The notes beneath the pieces are model-generated. The model worked only from the letters and a program-made list of their open reading frames with translations, ran no database searches and was not told where the DNA came from. From an uncultured Chlamydiales bacterium (lineage in GTDB: Bacteria; Chlamydiota; Chlamydiia; Chlamydiales; Rhabdochlamydiaceae): a stretch of 64,000 nt of DNA. Each line of letters starts with the position of its first letter. Position 1 is the first letter of the stretch. The stretch lies in NCBI GenBank assembly GCA_963700985.1, contig OY969554.1, forward strand, positions 1,088,001 to 1,152,000. The letters run 5' to 3'. Below, one piece after another: positions 46,674 to 57,000 of the stretch. A program made the position numbers and the translations under genes.

Positions 46674-48227
46674 ATGACCATCAAATCCTTATCATCTTCC
46701 TCTTTTTCTTCTCTTCAAGATCTTCTTCTTTTGCCGCGGGTGCGAGATGATGATGAGTCGTCTGTTAATACTGTCGACAAAGCGTATGACCGAACTAACA
46801 GCGTACGGCGCACCATGGAGTCTGAAGATCTGGTCAGACGGGCGCTTTTAGAAGGGCCACTTCAACATTCTGATCCTGTCGATCGCTATGGCAGTCTTCG
46901 GCTAACAGCGCGTGTAACGGGTGGGGTAATTGCTGCTGCAGCAATAGTGCCTTATCTCCAGGTTTCTATGCGTTTGTCTGCAGGAATAGCTCAAGCTTCT
47001 GCTGTGGCAAATAGTATTGCCACCTGGGGCTTTGAATTCTGGGCGCTTAATCAGACGATTAGTGAGCCGCTTGGTCCAAAAGGAAGATGCGAAATCCTGC
47101 TGCTTCAGCGTAACTCTTCAGGAAAATGTTGCGTGGTGATCTTAACCACCACGGTTGTGGCATTGGCTCTTTTATCTCAGGTTCCTATTGCGTTTGGAAC
47201 TTTTGATTACGATAAAAACCACACACCTGTGGGATTTGGTGTTTTACTTGCCGCAGGAGCTCTACCCATTATTCGTTCTCTACAACTTTCATTAAATGCT
47301 CTGCAGCTGCATAGGTGCAGATTTGATTACGTTCAGAAAAAAATCGAAGCGATTCGCTCTGAAGTGGTTGGTCTTATTGATCTGCATCGTGAGCTCTTTG
47401 TGGAGACAGCGAAGCGTGAGAAGCTCTTCTTTCTACAGCTACTTGCTCCTTTGCGTTATGGTGATGATCCAAATAGGTTAGATACTTACATTTCAAAAAT
47501 CTTAGGGATTCCTCCAGAGTTTGCAGCTACTCGAGCAACTCCCCTTTCTGGTCGTGTGTCCCTTTTCATTGGGTTATGTTTTAACGTTTCTTTTCAAACA
47601 GCCTGGATGATGTATGCATTTTCCAAAACTAAAGCCTATCTAGCGAATGACGACGGCGCCGCGGGTACTCTAGCAGCTGTTACGGTGGTTTCAGGCCTTT
47701 ATCTAACCAGTAGCGCGATTGTTAAAATGACACAACGCGTTGCCAAAGCTGTCTTAAGTCGTTTATGTTGCCGAAGAGAGAAATCGCTATCAGAACAGCT
47801 CGAACCCAAGCTTACGGTTACACTCAGATTTATCGGCCTGCTGATAAACCTTACGGCTCTTCGTACCTCATTGGTTATTTGGGAAGATTTCTTCGACAAG
47901 AATAAAGTCGAGCAAGTCTATTTTGGTGTCACCATGTACGCTTCTCTCTTCATGCTGCTTTCGACGTCCACCCTAGATCTTATCGATGACATTGTGGAGA
48001 TGGTTGTCCGACATAAGGGAACACGTGAAGATCGACGCATCTATGATTTTTATAACGAGCTTCATTGTTTCCAGCACATCCTGCGTGACAGCTCAGTATT
48101 TGATTTCAGCATTTTTGTCTTAAAGCTGCCTGAGTCACTCAGGACACAAATACTGCAAAGAGTTAGTTTGAACTTAGAAGACCTCGAAGGCTGTATGGAT
48201 ACAGATAGCGTGGTTGCCCAAGCCTGA
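46674..48227 (+). CDS. Multi-pass membrane hypothetical protein
   Basis: S-rich N-terminus and about 8 hydrophobic segments in two groups. Start is uncertain (46644-46674). Confidence 0.65.
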   Translation: MTIKSLSSSSFSSLQDLLLLPRVRDDDESSVNTVDKAYDRTNSVRRTMESEDLVRRALLEGPLQHSDPVDRYGSLRLTARVTGGVIAAAAIVPYLQVSMRLSAGIAQASAVANSIATWGFEFWALNQTISEPLGPKGRCEILLLQRNSSGKCCVVILTTTVVALALLSQVPIAFGTFDYDKNHTPVGFGVLLAAGALPIIRSLQLSLNALQLHRCRFDYVQKKIEAIRSEVVGLIDLHRELFVETAKREKLFFLQLLAPLRYGDDPNRLDTYISKILGIPPEFAATRATPLSGRVSLFIGLCFNVSFQTAWMMYAFSKTKAYLANDDGAAGTLAAVTVVSGLYLTSSAIVKMTQRVAKAVLSRLCCRREKSLSEQLEPKLTVTLRFIGLLINLTALRTSLVIWEDFFDKNKVEQVYFGVTMYASLFMLLSTSTLDLIDDIVEMVVRHKGTREDRRIYDFYNELHCFQHILRDSSVFDFSIFVLKLPESLRTQILQRVSLNLEDLEGCMDTDSVVAQA

Positions 48228-48246
48228 AATTCAAGACTAGATTTAT

Positions 48247-48585
48247 TTAGTTAGAAAAATCATCTTTTTCTAACTGATATTGTACAAGCCATTCAGGTTT
48301 TTTATACTTTATAACAGCAAAGGCTCCATAACGTGCGGTCCCTGATAGAGCATGATATGATTTATCATCAAAAATACCATTGTTAGACCAGATAGTGCCA
48401 AGAGATTCGCCGCATGAGTTTAAAACCAGAGCATTTTCGCTTAGGTCCTTACCTTTTTTTAATAGAGCAATTACAGCTCGTGTATCCGAAAATTCACTTA
48501 GATCGGTAGCAGCTTCATCACGTTCAGTAATAGAAGCTGTTTTATCAAAAAGCAAATTCATAAGCATTTCCACCCTATCTTTCAT
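48247..48585 (-). CDS. Putative immunity protein (HEAT-like) of Rhs 48603..53930
   Basis: 17 nt downstream of the Rhs stop. ERDEAATDLSEF...AVIALL...SCGESLGTIW. Confidence 0.75.
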   Translation of the reverse strand: MKDRVEMLMNLLFDKTASITERDEAATDLSEFSDTRAVIALLKKGKDLSENALVLNSCGESLGTIWSNNGIFDDKSYHALSGTARYGAFAVIKYKKPEWLVQYQLEKDDFSN

Positions 48586-48602
48586 TATTAATGAACCTCT
48601 GT

Positions 48603-51600
48603 CTATTTATAATACAGGTTCTCAAGGGGTATGTGTCCACCAACATTGACACCCCCCGTTTCTCCTGTAAATGGATTTATATATAACTCTTTTTCAAATC
48701 GTGCACTAGCTCTAGGAACATTACTATTAACATGTAGACCCTCTCTAAAACTAGCTTCGGGCTTAATCTTTAATCTCCAATCAAATTTGTTAAATGAGTT
48801 GAAGTTACCCCATGTTTCTGGTGCACCGGGTGAATTAGGAAATTTTTCCCAACCTTTGCTTTTTGCCCAGCCTCTTAAGATACGGATATTGTTTTGTCCT
48901 GTCTCTGAAAGATTTCGGGCAGCCTGGTGAAAGCGATTTAGTTGAAGTTCTTGAATAGCGGGCTTTGATATTTTCCGCAAGTCCATCATTCCTCTAGCTG
49001 CAGAGAAGCCCTTCTGAGCAAAGAAAGAGGCTCCTTTCACAACAGCTGCGTAAGCGCCGACTGCAAGCGTACCTAGTCCTATGCCGTCGTTCGTTCCGTG
49101 GCGGAATAAGCCATATCCTCTGTGGTTCATATCGCCAGGGAGGGCACTCTGCATCCAGCGCTTGCCTGACGCATGCAGGGCTGCGTTAGAGCGTTGAATT
49201 GATTCCCAATCTTGAGAGAAGGTGCTTCTACCACTCATCCAGTTGACAGATCGGAAAGGAACAGTTAGTCCCCAACCGGCTGTGGATAAGAAAGACGCGG
49301 TGTTGAGAGCGAAGTCGCCGATTCCATGTGCAGTACCAATGCCAGCTTGCTTGAAATCGTTGGTCGTGAAAGTTGAATACTGACGGCTGCCCAAGAGTCC
49401 GTAGAGATCTACGTGAGTAAGCGGAGAGTTTGAAACAAAGGCGTACATGTTGGGACCGGCATCGAGGCCAAGCGGATCTGGCGTGAGCCAGCGGCCGTAA
49501 TCGGAAAGGTAGTAGCGGCGGCCAAAGTAGACTAGGTTGGTTTCTTCATCGAGGCGTTTTGAGGAGAAGCGCCAGGGGTTGCGTGAAAGAGGTATAGGAT
49601 GCTTCGCTTCGCCAAATGCGGTGTAGCGATACTGTTCACAGGTTTGATCTGAAACCGAGACAAGCATGGCGACGTTGCCATGGATGTCATGCAGGGGTGC
49701 GTAGGTTTGGCCATGAAGTTCAAGCGCAACGGCTGCACCGATTTCAGCTTGAGGGGTTTTTCCGAGAATGCGCAGCTCTTGCAGTTTGCCACGAGCATCA
49801 ACGGCGCCTATTTCATTCTGATCATCGTAAAGATAAAAAACTGTCTGAGTGGGCTTCCAGAGGCCATTTTCAAAAATATAGACGGTTTTTGAAAGTCGTC
49901 GGTGATAAGAATCATAGGTGAACTTGAGACGCTGGGTGATGTTTTCGATGCTGATAAGACGATCCAAAGCATCGTAAGTATAATGCGCCTTAGCATGAGA
50001 GCTTGGGTTGCCATCTGGATTGTAAGTAAACTCGGTGGGCAGTTGATTTAAGCAATTGACTGCATAGGTAGAGGCGTCTTTCTGGAAACGATTGTAGAGC
50101 GAATCATAGCCATAGGTATGGTCTTTTTCTGAAACTAACTGATAGAGGTCGTCATATGCATAATCGAGTGTTTCATTATGGAGACGAGATTTGAGAATGT
50201 TGCCAACCTCATCATATCGCAGAATCTCGTGCGAAAAATAGCGTGAGTTATAGCTAATAGGTCGTCCTGCTGCATCGTAGGTGCGGTATAATTGGCCAAG
50301 GTTGCCAATCATCTCTTGAGAGAGAGGGTTCCCGGCAAGATCGTAGCTAGAATAAATGTGTGTATATTGGGCGTTACCATTTGAGTCGCGGCGTGCAACA
50401 GCGCGCAGATAAAGCGGATCAAAAGAGTAAGTGACAAATGAGTTGTCGGGAAGATCTAGGCGAGTGCGGCGGCCTTGTTTGTCATAGCCATTTTGAATGC
50501 TAAGATCCAAATTAAGATGATTGGATAGTGTTTCGCTAAGAAGGCGGCCTTTAGGATCATAGGTGCGTTTCAAAGTTGTTTTCTCACGCTCATCTCTACT
50601 TTGCAGTAAATGACCTAGGCGATTGTGGATGTAAGTATAATTGATCGTTTCATCGGAAGATTTTTGTGAGCGGAGATGATCAAGTGGATCATAAGTAATC
50701 GTAAGAGTGATGCCACTAGGCTTGGTCGTTTGAAAGAGCAAACCCTTGGGTGTATAGGCATATTCTGTAATTTTTTGCTCTGAAGTCCCTGCTGCTTCTG
50801 TAAGCATGCTGAGTCGATTTAGAGGACCATAACTCCACAATGTGGTAATGGTTCGATTGGGATTGAAAAGAGCGCTTTCTTTGCGGAACAGATTATCATT
50901 GGCATCATAGAAGCTCTCTTCTCGATAAAGACGTTCATTTCGCGAGTTACGTTTCTCAAATGTAGAACGCAAGTAATGCGAGTTAAAGCGCTCGATAAAT
51001 TGAAGACCCAGCGGATCGATAGTTGTCAGTTGATGTAGTTGATCGTTGTGAATAAAGGAGGTGCTATTTCCCAGTGGATCTTTGTTTTCAATTAGGCGAT
51101 TAAAAGAATCATATTTGAGAATTTCAGTTGATTCTTTTCCATGCACAAAGCGCGTAGTTGATTTTCTGTTGCCTGCTTCATCATAAGTGTAGGTAACTCT
51201 AGAAAGAATATTTCCATACGCATCTTCTTTGCGCTCTTCCAAGATATTATCTAAGAAATCGTATTCGGTGATGGAGAGAAGATTTTCTCTTTGGACAACA
51301 TTAAGTCTGCCTAATGAATCGTATGCGTAATCTACGCATTCTTGATTCTGCTCTTCGAAAATGATGCGGCCAGCACCATCATATGCGTAAAAGGTCGTGC
51401 TGCCTTCTGCATTGGTTTGAGCAATTAAGTGATAAGCATCGTAAGCGAAAGTTTCCTGCGAACAGATCTCTTCTTGCGAGGAGATTATTTTAGACAGGAT
51501 GCGTCCAAAAACATCGTAGGCATATGTTGTCTGTGTGCCATTTTGATCGATCTGTTTGTGGATAGTTCCATCGAGATTATAAATGAACTGCTCCTCCGTG

Positions 51601-53930
51601 CCATCTGGATGCTGGATGCGCATGGGTTTAGAGTAGGCATTATAGGTTGTGAGTGTGGTGTAACCTTGCGCATCGGTATGTGAGATTTCACAGCCTGCTG
51701 CATCATAGATCGAAGAAATAACGGATCGCAGCTCGCCCACGGCCTCTGGGTGGGTTTCTTTGAGATTGCCTAATGCGTCATAGACATAACGCGTCTCATA
51801 TCCATGTGGATCACGTGTCAAAATCTTATTGTTTCTTTTGTCATAAGCATGATGCGTAATGCGTATGAGGCTATCATCCCCTTCTTCCTTGGATTCAATC
51901 AGTCGATTCGAGTAGTCATACTTCATTTGCAGAAAACTACGGCCGCCGAAACTCTGAGAAAAAGTCTTATTCCCCACTTCATCATAAGCACTTTTAGAAA
52001 TCTGATTTAACGCATTAGTTTCTTCTTTTAGGCGTCCTTTCTCATCGTATTTGTACGTGAGGCTGAAGCGTAGTTGATCATTTGCATCATAGATGTCTTT
52101 TTGAGAAATCCGTCCGCCCGTTGTGTAGTGAAGAACAGTTTTCTTGAGAAGCTTTTCAGTTAGCCCATCCCAATATTTTTCTTCGAGAATTTGAGGCATC
52201 CCAAAATAAGGTTGGTCGCTTTTAGGATAAATACACTGGATAAGGCGTGTTTTAACATCGCTTAAATCATTCTTATCTGGTGTTGAACCATCATCGGTCA
52301 GTTCGCGGATCAGAATTCGATCGGCATTATACTCATAGAATTTCCGTCTTCTAACCTTACCTCGCTCATATGAGAGCTCCAAAGTAGGAAGATTAGTGCC
52401 TGGAAGATACTCATATCTAATGTCAGACCCATTATCTTCGCTGCGTCGAGTGAGAAGGTTTCTGCCATCTTGAGAATACTCAAAACGTTTGGAGTAGGCT
52501 TCGACGCCGTTTTCAATGGGAAAGTTATTAGAGTCGAGCGAAAGAGAAATGCCCTGTCCGCTCAAATTTCCATAGAATTTTTCTTGCACAACATTCCCAT
52601 GCTGATCATAAAAATAGCGCGTGGCGTGCATAGGTCTGCGATTTTCATCTAAGAGAATTTTGCAAAGCAGGTTCGATGCATCTGTTGCATTGTTTGATCC
52701 CCAAACGAAGCGCGTGCTATTGTATAGTTTTTCCGGTGTTGAAAACCGATCGATAGAAGTCAGGCGTAGATTTTCGTCCCAATAATAATGAGTTGGTACA
52801 CCCTCGGCATCAAAAACCTGAGTTTTACGACTTGGAATATCGTAATAGAATCTTCGTGTGGGTAAAGAATTAGCATCTGTTCCTACGGGAGCTGAAAGAG
52901 CTTTAACGCGGCAGTAAAGAGGATCGCTCATCTCTCTAATTTTTGCGCCATTGTCATTTTTACCAAGATTGTAATAGCTAACGTTGAGACGACGTGAATT
53001 TGGAAGGAAAATTTCCGAGAGAAGTCTCCGACCACCTTCGATATTTTGATATCTCATTTCTTCGGGAGGGAGATCTGAAGAATCTATATGATGCAAATAC
53101 CAGCCACCACTTTCTTTAGGACCATCACATAAATAGCGATATTGTAGAATGCGCCCATCACTCGTATGTACATCCAGATTGCGTGTGTCTAAATACTTAT
53201 GTCCTTTCTTCTCTTTCAGACTACCATGAAAGTGAAAGGTAGCTTGGGCATAAGTTTTTTGCCCGCTAGGATCCGCAGTGCGTATTGAAGTGATCTTTTC
53301 ATTGTCCCAGCTATAGATAATTTGATTACCATCTGGCAACCCCTCGGAAACGAGAATAAACACAACTTGCGAATCATCAACATCTCTGGCCTTTTTTTGT
53401 TCTTTGGTAAGAGCATTGTAAACTCTTCTGGTTCCATTTGGACAGTAGACGATGAGTTCCTTACCAATGCTACTTTCTCTGACATACTGGTTTTTTAAGT
53501 TGTTATTAGCAGAAAGGGCCCCTCGAGCAGTATTCGTAAGTCCTTTGGCATCCGTGGTTAAGTCTAGCGGCAGAAAGATCACTTCCTGGGGATTTTTCTT
53601 CTTTTTATGAGGCTCAATTCTTCGATTTGAATGATATCTCAAAACTGTGCCGTTCGGCTCTATCAATTTTAAGACACCAGTTGTAAAAAGAACCGCTTCG
53701 TTACCAGGAAAAAGTCTCCAGGTCTTCTCTCCTTTTGAGCTAATATACGTGCGCTTCAGATGCAAAGGCTCGACGCCTTGGACAACAACATCTTCTTCAA
53801 AACTAAAAAGATCGCCTGTAATAGCACTGACAAGGCCATCGACAAGAGAACTGGGATCATTCTCAGTAACAGCCACCTGCCCGAAAAGAGTCGTAGTAAC
53901 TGAAAAGAATAAAAGAAGAAAATACTTCAT
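48603..53930 (-). CDS. Rhs polymorphic toxin 2 (signal peptide; unassigned nuclease-like C-terminus)
   Basis: MKYFLLLFFSVTTTLFG leader, YD repeats, core NPWRFSSKRLD...WLTPDP...NSPLTHVDLYG, and a C-terminal domain ending YINPFTG...GGHIPL. Confidence 0.93.
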   Translation of the reverse strand: MKYFLLLFFSVTTTLFGQVAVTENDPSSLVDGLVSAITGDLFSFEEDVVVQGVEPLHLKRTYISSKGEKTWRLFPGNEAVLFTTGVLKLIEPNGTVLRYHSNRRIEPHKKKKNPQEVIFLPLDLTTDAKGLTNTARGALSANNNLKNQYVRESSIGKELIVYCPNGTRRVYNALTKEQKKARDVDDSQVVFILVSEGLPDGNQIIYSWDNEKITSIRTADPSGQKTYAQATFHFHGSLKEKKGHKYLDTRNLDVHTSDGRILQYRYLCDGPKESGGWYLHHIDSSDLPPEEMRYQNIEGGRRLLSEIFLPNSRRLNVSYYNLGKNDNGAKIREMSDPLYCRVKALSAPVGTDANSLPTRRFYYDIPSRKTQVFDAEGVPTHYYWDENLRLTSIDRFSTPEKLYNSTRFVWGSNNATDASNLLCKILLDENRRPMHATRYFYDQHGNVVQEKFYGNLSGQGISLSLDSNNFPIENGVEAYSKRFEYSQDGRNLLTRRSEDNGSDIRYEYLPGTNLPTLELSYERGKVRRRKFYEYNADRILIRELTDDGSTPDKNDLSDVKTRLIQCIYPKSDQPYFGMPQILEEKYWDGLTEKLLKKTVLHYTTGGRISQKDIYDANDQLRFSLTYKYDEKGRLKEETNALNQISKSAYDEVGNKTFSQSFGGRSFLQMKYDYSNRLIESKEEGDDSLIRITHHAYDKRNNKILTRDPHGYETRYVYDALGNLKETHPEAVGELRSVISSIYDAAGCEISHTDAQGYTTLTTYNAYSKPMRIQHPDGTEEQFIYNLDGTIHKQIDQNGTQTTYAYDVFGRILSKIISSQEEICSQETFAYDAYHLIAQTNAEGSTTFYAYDGAGRIIFEEQNQECVDYAYDSLGRLNVVQRENLLSITEYDFLDNILEERKEDAYGNILSRVTYTYDEAGNRKSTTRFVHGKESTEILKYDSFNRLIENKDPLGNSTSFIHNDQLHQLTTIDPLGLQFIERFNSHYLRSTFEKRNSRNERLYREESFYDANDNLFRKESALFNPNRTITTLWSYGPLNRLSMLTEAAGTSEQKITEYAYTPKGLLFQTTKPSGITLTITYDPLDHLRSQKSSDETINYTYIHNRLGHLLQSRDEREKTTLKRTYDPKGRLLSETLSNHLNLDLSIQNGYDKQGRRTRLDLPDNSFVTYSFDPLYLRAVARRDSNGNAQYTHIYSSYDLAGNPLSQEMIGNLGQLYRTYDAAGRPISYNSRYFSHEILRYDEVGNILKSRLHNETLDYAYDDLYQLVSEKDHTYGYDSLYNRFQKDASTYAVNCLNQLPTEFTYNPDGNPSSHAKAHYTYDALDRLISIENITQRLKFTYDSYHRRLSKTVYIFENGLWKPTQTVFYLYDDQNEIGAVDARGKLQELRILGKTPQAEIGAAVALELHGQTYAPLHDIHGNVAMLVSVSDQTCEQYRYTAFGEAKHPIPLSRNPWRFSSKRLDEETNLVYFGRRYYLSDYGRWLTPDPLGLDAGPNMYAFVSNSPLTHVDLYGLLGSRQYSTFTTNDFKQAGIGTAHGIGDFALNTASFLSTAGWGLTVPFRSVNWMSGRSTFSQDWESIQRSNAALHASGKRWMQSALPGDMNHRGYGLFRHGTNDGIGLGTLAVGAYAAVVKGASFFAQKGFSAARGMMDLRKISKPAIQELQLNRFHQAARNLSETGQNNIRILRGWAKSKGWEKFPNSPGAPETWGNFNSFNKFDWRLKIKPEASFREGLHVNSNVPRASARFEKELYINPFTGETGGVNVGGHIPLENLYYK

Positions 53931-54000
53931 AAGATTTTATTGGTATCTTTACGAATATCCGGGGATTCTGTTCCAGGTAGTATTTTATTTCAATGAAGTA

Positions 54001-54040
54001 ATTGACTTTCTCTGCGACTTGTATTAAGAATTCTTCCTCT
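54001..54040 (+). promoter_or_regulatory. Conserved Rhs promoter (copy 2)
   Basis: ATTGACTTTCTctgcgactTGTATTAAGAATTCT. The GGAGGG RBS is also shared with Rhs 1. Confidence 0.65.
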
Positions 54041-54084
54041 TTGCACAAGCTTTCATGTTTTGTGTTTTCTTTTGGAGGGAACGG

Positions 54085-57000
54085 ATGATGCGCTATTTAT
54101 TGAGTCTGATTTGCTGCTTATTAACGGTGGGTGCTTTTTCTGAAGAAGAAGATCAGGATGCATTCATCATTTCTACTCCAGATCAAGTTGCGGCACTTTC
54201 AAGTGAACCAAACTATCTCATTGGTGGTTTGATCAGTCCTCTGAGTGGTCAGCCTGTTTTAAGGCAAACAGATCTTGTTGTTAAAGGCGCTCAGAACCTA
54301 AGCCTTAGCCGCACGTATATTCCGCCTTACATGCCCGTTGCTTTCGAGAAACATAAACATAACAAGAAGGAATGGGATAAGTATCACTTACATCAACATA
54401 TACGCGACAACTATAAAGGCTGGCAGTTTTTACCCCACCTGAAACTTCGGCTAATCTCTCGATCTATGGAGGTTCATCTTACTGATCCCAATGGAATGAC
54501 ATTGGCTTTTCATTTATCAGGTCCAAACTATTCAACAGCAACTTTAGCCTCCCCTTCTTATGCAATCACTAATACTGTAGGCGAGCTACCAAGTGGCAAA
54601 TATGATCCACGAAATACGAGAATTTCTTACGAAGATAACGGCAATAAACTCGTTGTTCATGCACCTGATGGAGCTTCTCGATTTTACTATAGAAAAGGAG
54701 CCGCAAGCAAACGTTTATACATTCTTGAAAAAGAAATTCTCCCTAATGGAAAAGTTCTCAAATACACATACGACGAGAAACTTAAGCTAATCTCCGTTGA
54801 GAGTTTAGATCCTAAAGAACGTTATGTCTATGCCTCTATTCGCATTCAAGAACCTCATGGTTCATTTCACTTCCTTTCTTCTACTGGTACGACTGTTGAC
54901 TATAGTTACCAGAGAAGGCCGATACACGTAAGAATCAAGGAAAAAGCCAAGGGTCGCGAAACTATTCAAGAATCTAATTACACCTGCCGTCCGATTCTTA
55001 CTTCTGTAAGCAGCCCATTTTACCGATATGAGAGCTTGAATTATGGAGACCGTTTTCTATTAGACTCATATTTTGGAAAAAATGAAGTTTTCAAATGCGA
55101 ACACGCAAGTTTTGGAGAGGGTGTTCCACATTTCAAGGTTCACAAACTCCTTTTGCCGGTGGGTCAAAATGACAGTTTTTATCCTGTGCATGAAATGGTC
55201 TATCAGCCACCAGTGGCTGGAGAAAAAGCCGGGACAACAACAGTTAAGAACAGTGATGGAACCTCAATCACTTATCATTTTTCAAAAAACCTTCTGACGA
55301 CGGCAATTCAATATTTCGGACAGGATGGCAAACTCAAAAAAGAGAAGATCTTCTCTTGGAGCGAGAAAAACTGGCTTAAATCTATTGAAATGCGAGATGA
55401 CCAGAACAACTCTCTCTACAAAAGATCTTACGAATTTGATGGATTTGGCAATCCAATTTCCGAAATCTTCGTCGGAGATCTAACGGGAAATGGCGCACAA
55501 GAGAGCTATACCATTACTAGAGAGTTTTCCCAAGATGGACGAAACCTTCTTCTAAAAGAAGCGCATGAAAGTGGAAAAGTCATCTGTTTTGCCTATCTTC
55601 CTAATTCAAATCTTGTCACTTCCAAGATAACGAAAGACGGTGACAGAATTCTTCTCCGTGAATTTTCAAAATATGACGATTGTCACAATCTCGTTCAGAA
55701 TATTTTGGATGATGGAGAAAGCTCTGATGAGAGCATCCTAGCTGGGGTTACTGAGCGAACGATCACAAATTACACATTGCGTCAGCAGGCTCCATTCCTA
55801 CATATGCCTGAATGGATAGAAGAGAAATATTGGGAAGGTGGCAGTGAAAAACTGCTGAAAAAAATTCATTTAATCTACGACCAGCATGGCAATATTGCAC
55901 AAGAAGAGGTTCATGATGCGGATGGGATACTCGCATACATCATCTACAAACAATACAACGAGCGTGGCGACCTTGTCACAGAAACAAATCGTTTAGGACA
56001 GCAAGCCACTTATACTTACGATCCGCGTGGACGACTTGAAAGCTCTCTTAATTTTTCCCAGAAACTGCTTAAAACTTTTCATCATGATATGAAAGGTCGT
56101 TTCCGCGAGAAAATAGAGAAAGGCGATGGCGAAATTGCTCATGCTTTCTCTTATGCATACGATGCTCATGATCGCCTAATTCAGAAAACCGAGCCTTTCT
56201 CTGATACAACACATTACACCTATGATCCGCTTGTCAGCCAGATCACACGGACAGATTCTCCTTCTGTGACTTCCGCGGATGGGCAGGCCATCCCAGTTAC
56301 AACTTTTGCAACTTATGATCCTTTTGGAAGAGAAGTAACTAAAGTAGATGCAAATGGCCATACAACGACCTACCGCTATAACGCATACGGATCACCGACT
56401 GAGATCACTTACCCAGACAGCAGCAAAGAATATTTCCGCTATACCAAAAAAGGAAAACTTGCAAGCCACATAGATCCCGATGGCCTTACCATTCAATACC
56501 AAAATGATCTGCTGGATAGAGTTCTCTCAAAAACTTACATCTCAGCTGACGGTAAAACACTCGCTGAAGAAGTTTTTACCTACAACGGTTTTAATCTCCT
56601 TACGGAAACCGATCGAGAAGGCAACCTGACTCAATACACTTATGATGGTACCGGAAGAAAGATCCGCGAAGAGTTTTGTGGCAAAATCACAAGCTTTAGC
56701 TATGACTCACTAGGGCAGCTTTCAATCCTTTGCAAATACAATGGAGACAACACCCTTCAAGTTCATTACAAAAGAGACGTAGAAGGACGTGTAATCGAGG
56801 AATCTCAAACAGACATCTCGAATCAGCTTCTTACTAGAATTTCCTATACTTTTGATGAAGACGGCAATCGAAATACCATTGTGCGTTACATCAATGGAAA
56901 AGAAGCGATTAACGCATTTACTTATGATGCTTTCCACAGGCTGATCGAAGAGCAAGACGCGCTTGGCTATGAAAGTAAAACAGTCTATCAAGAAGCTTAC

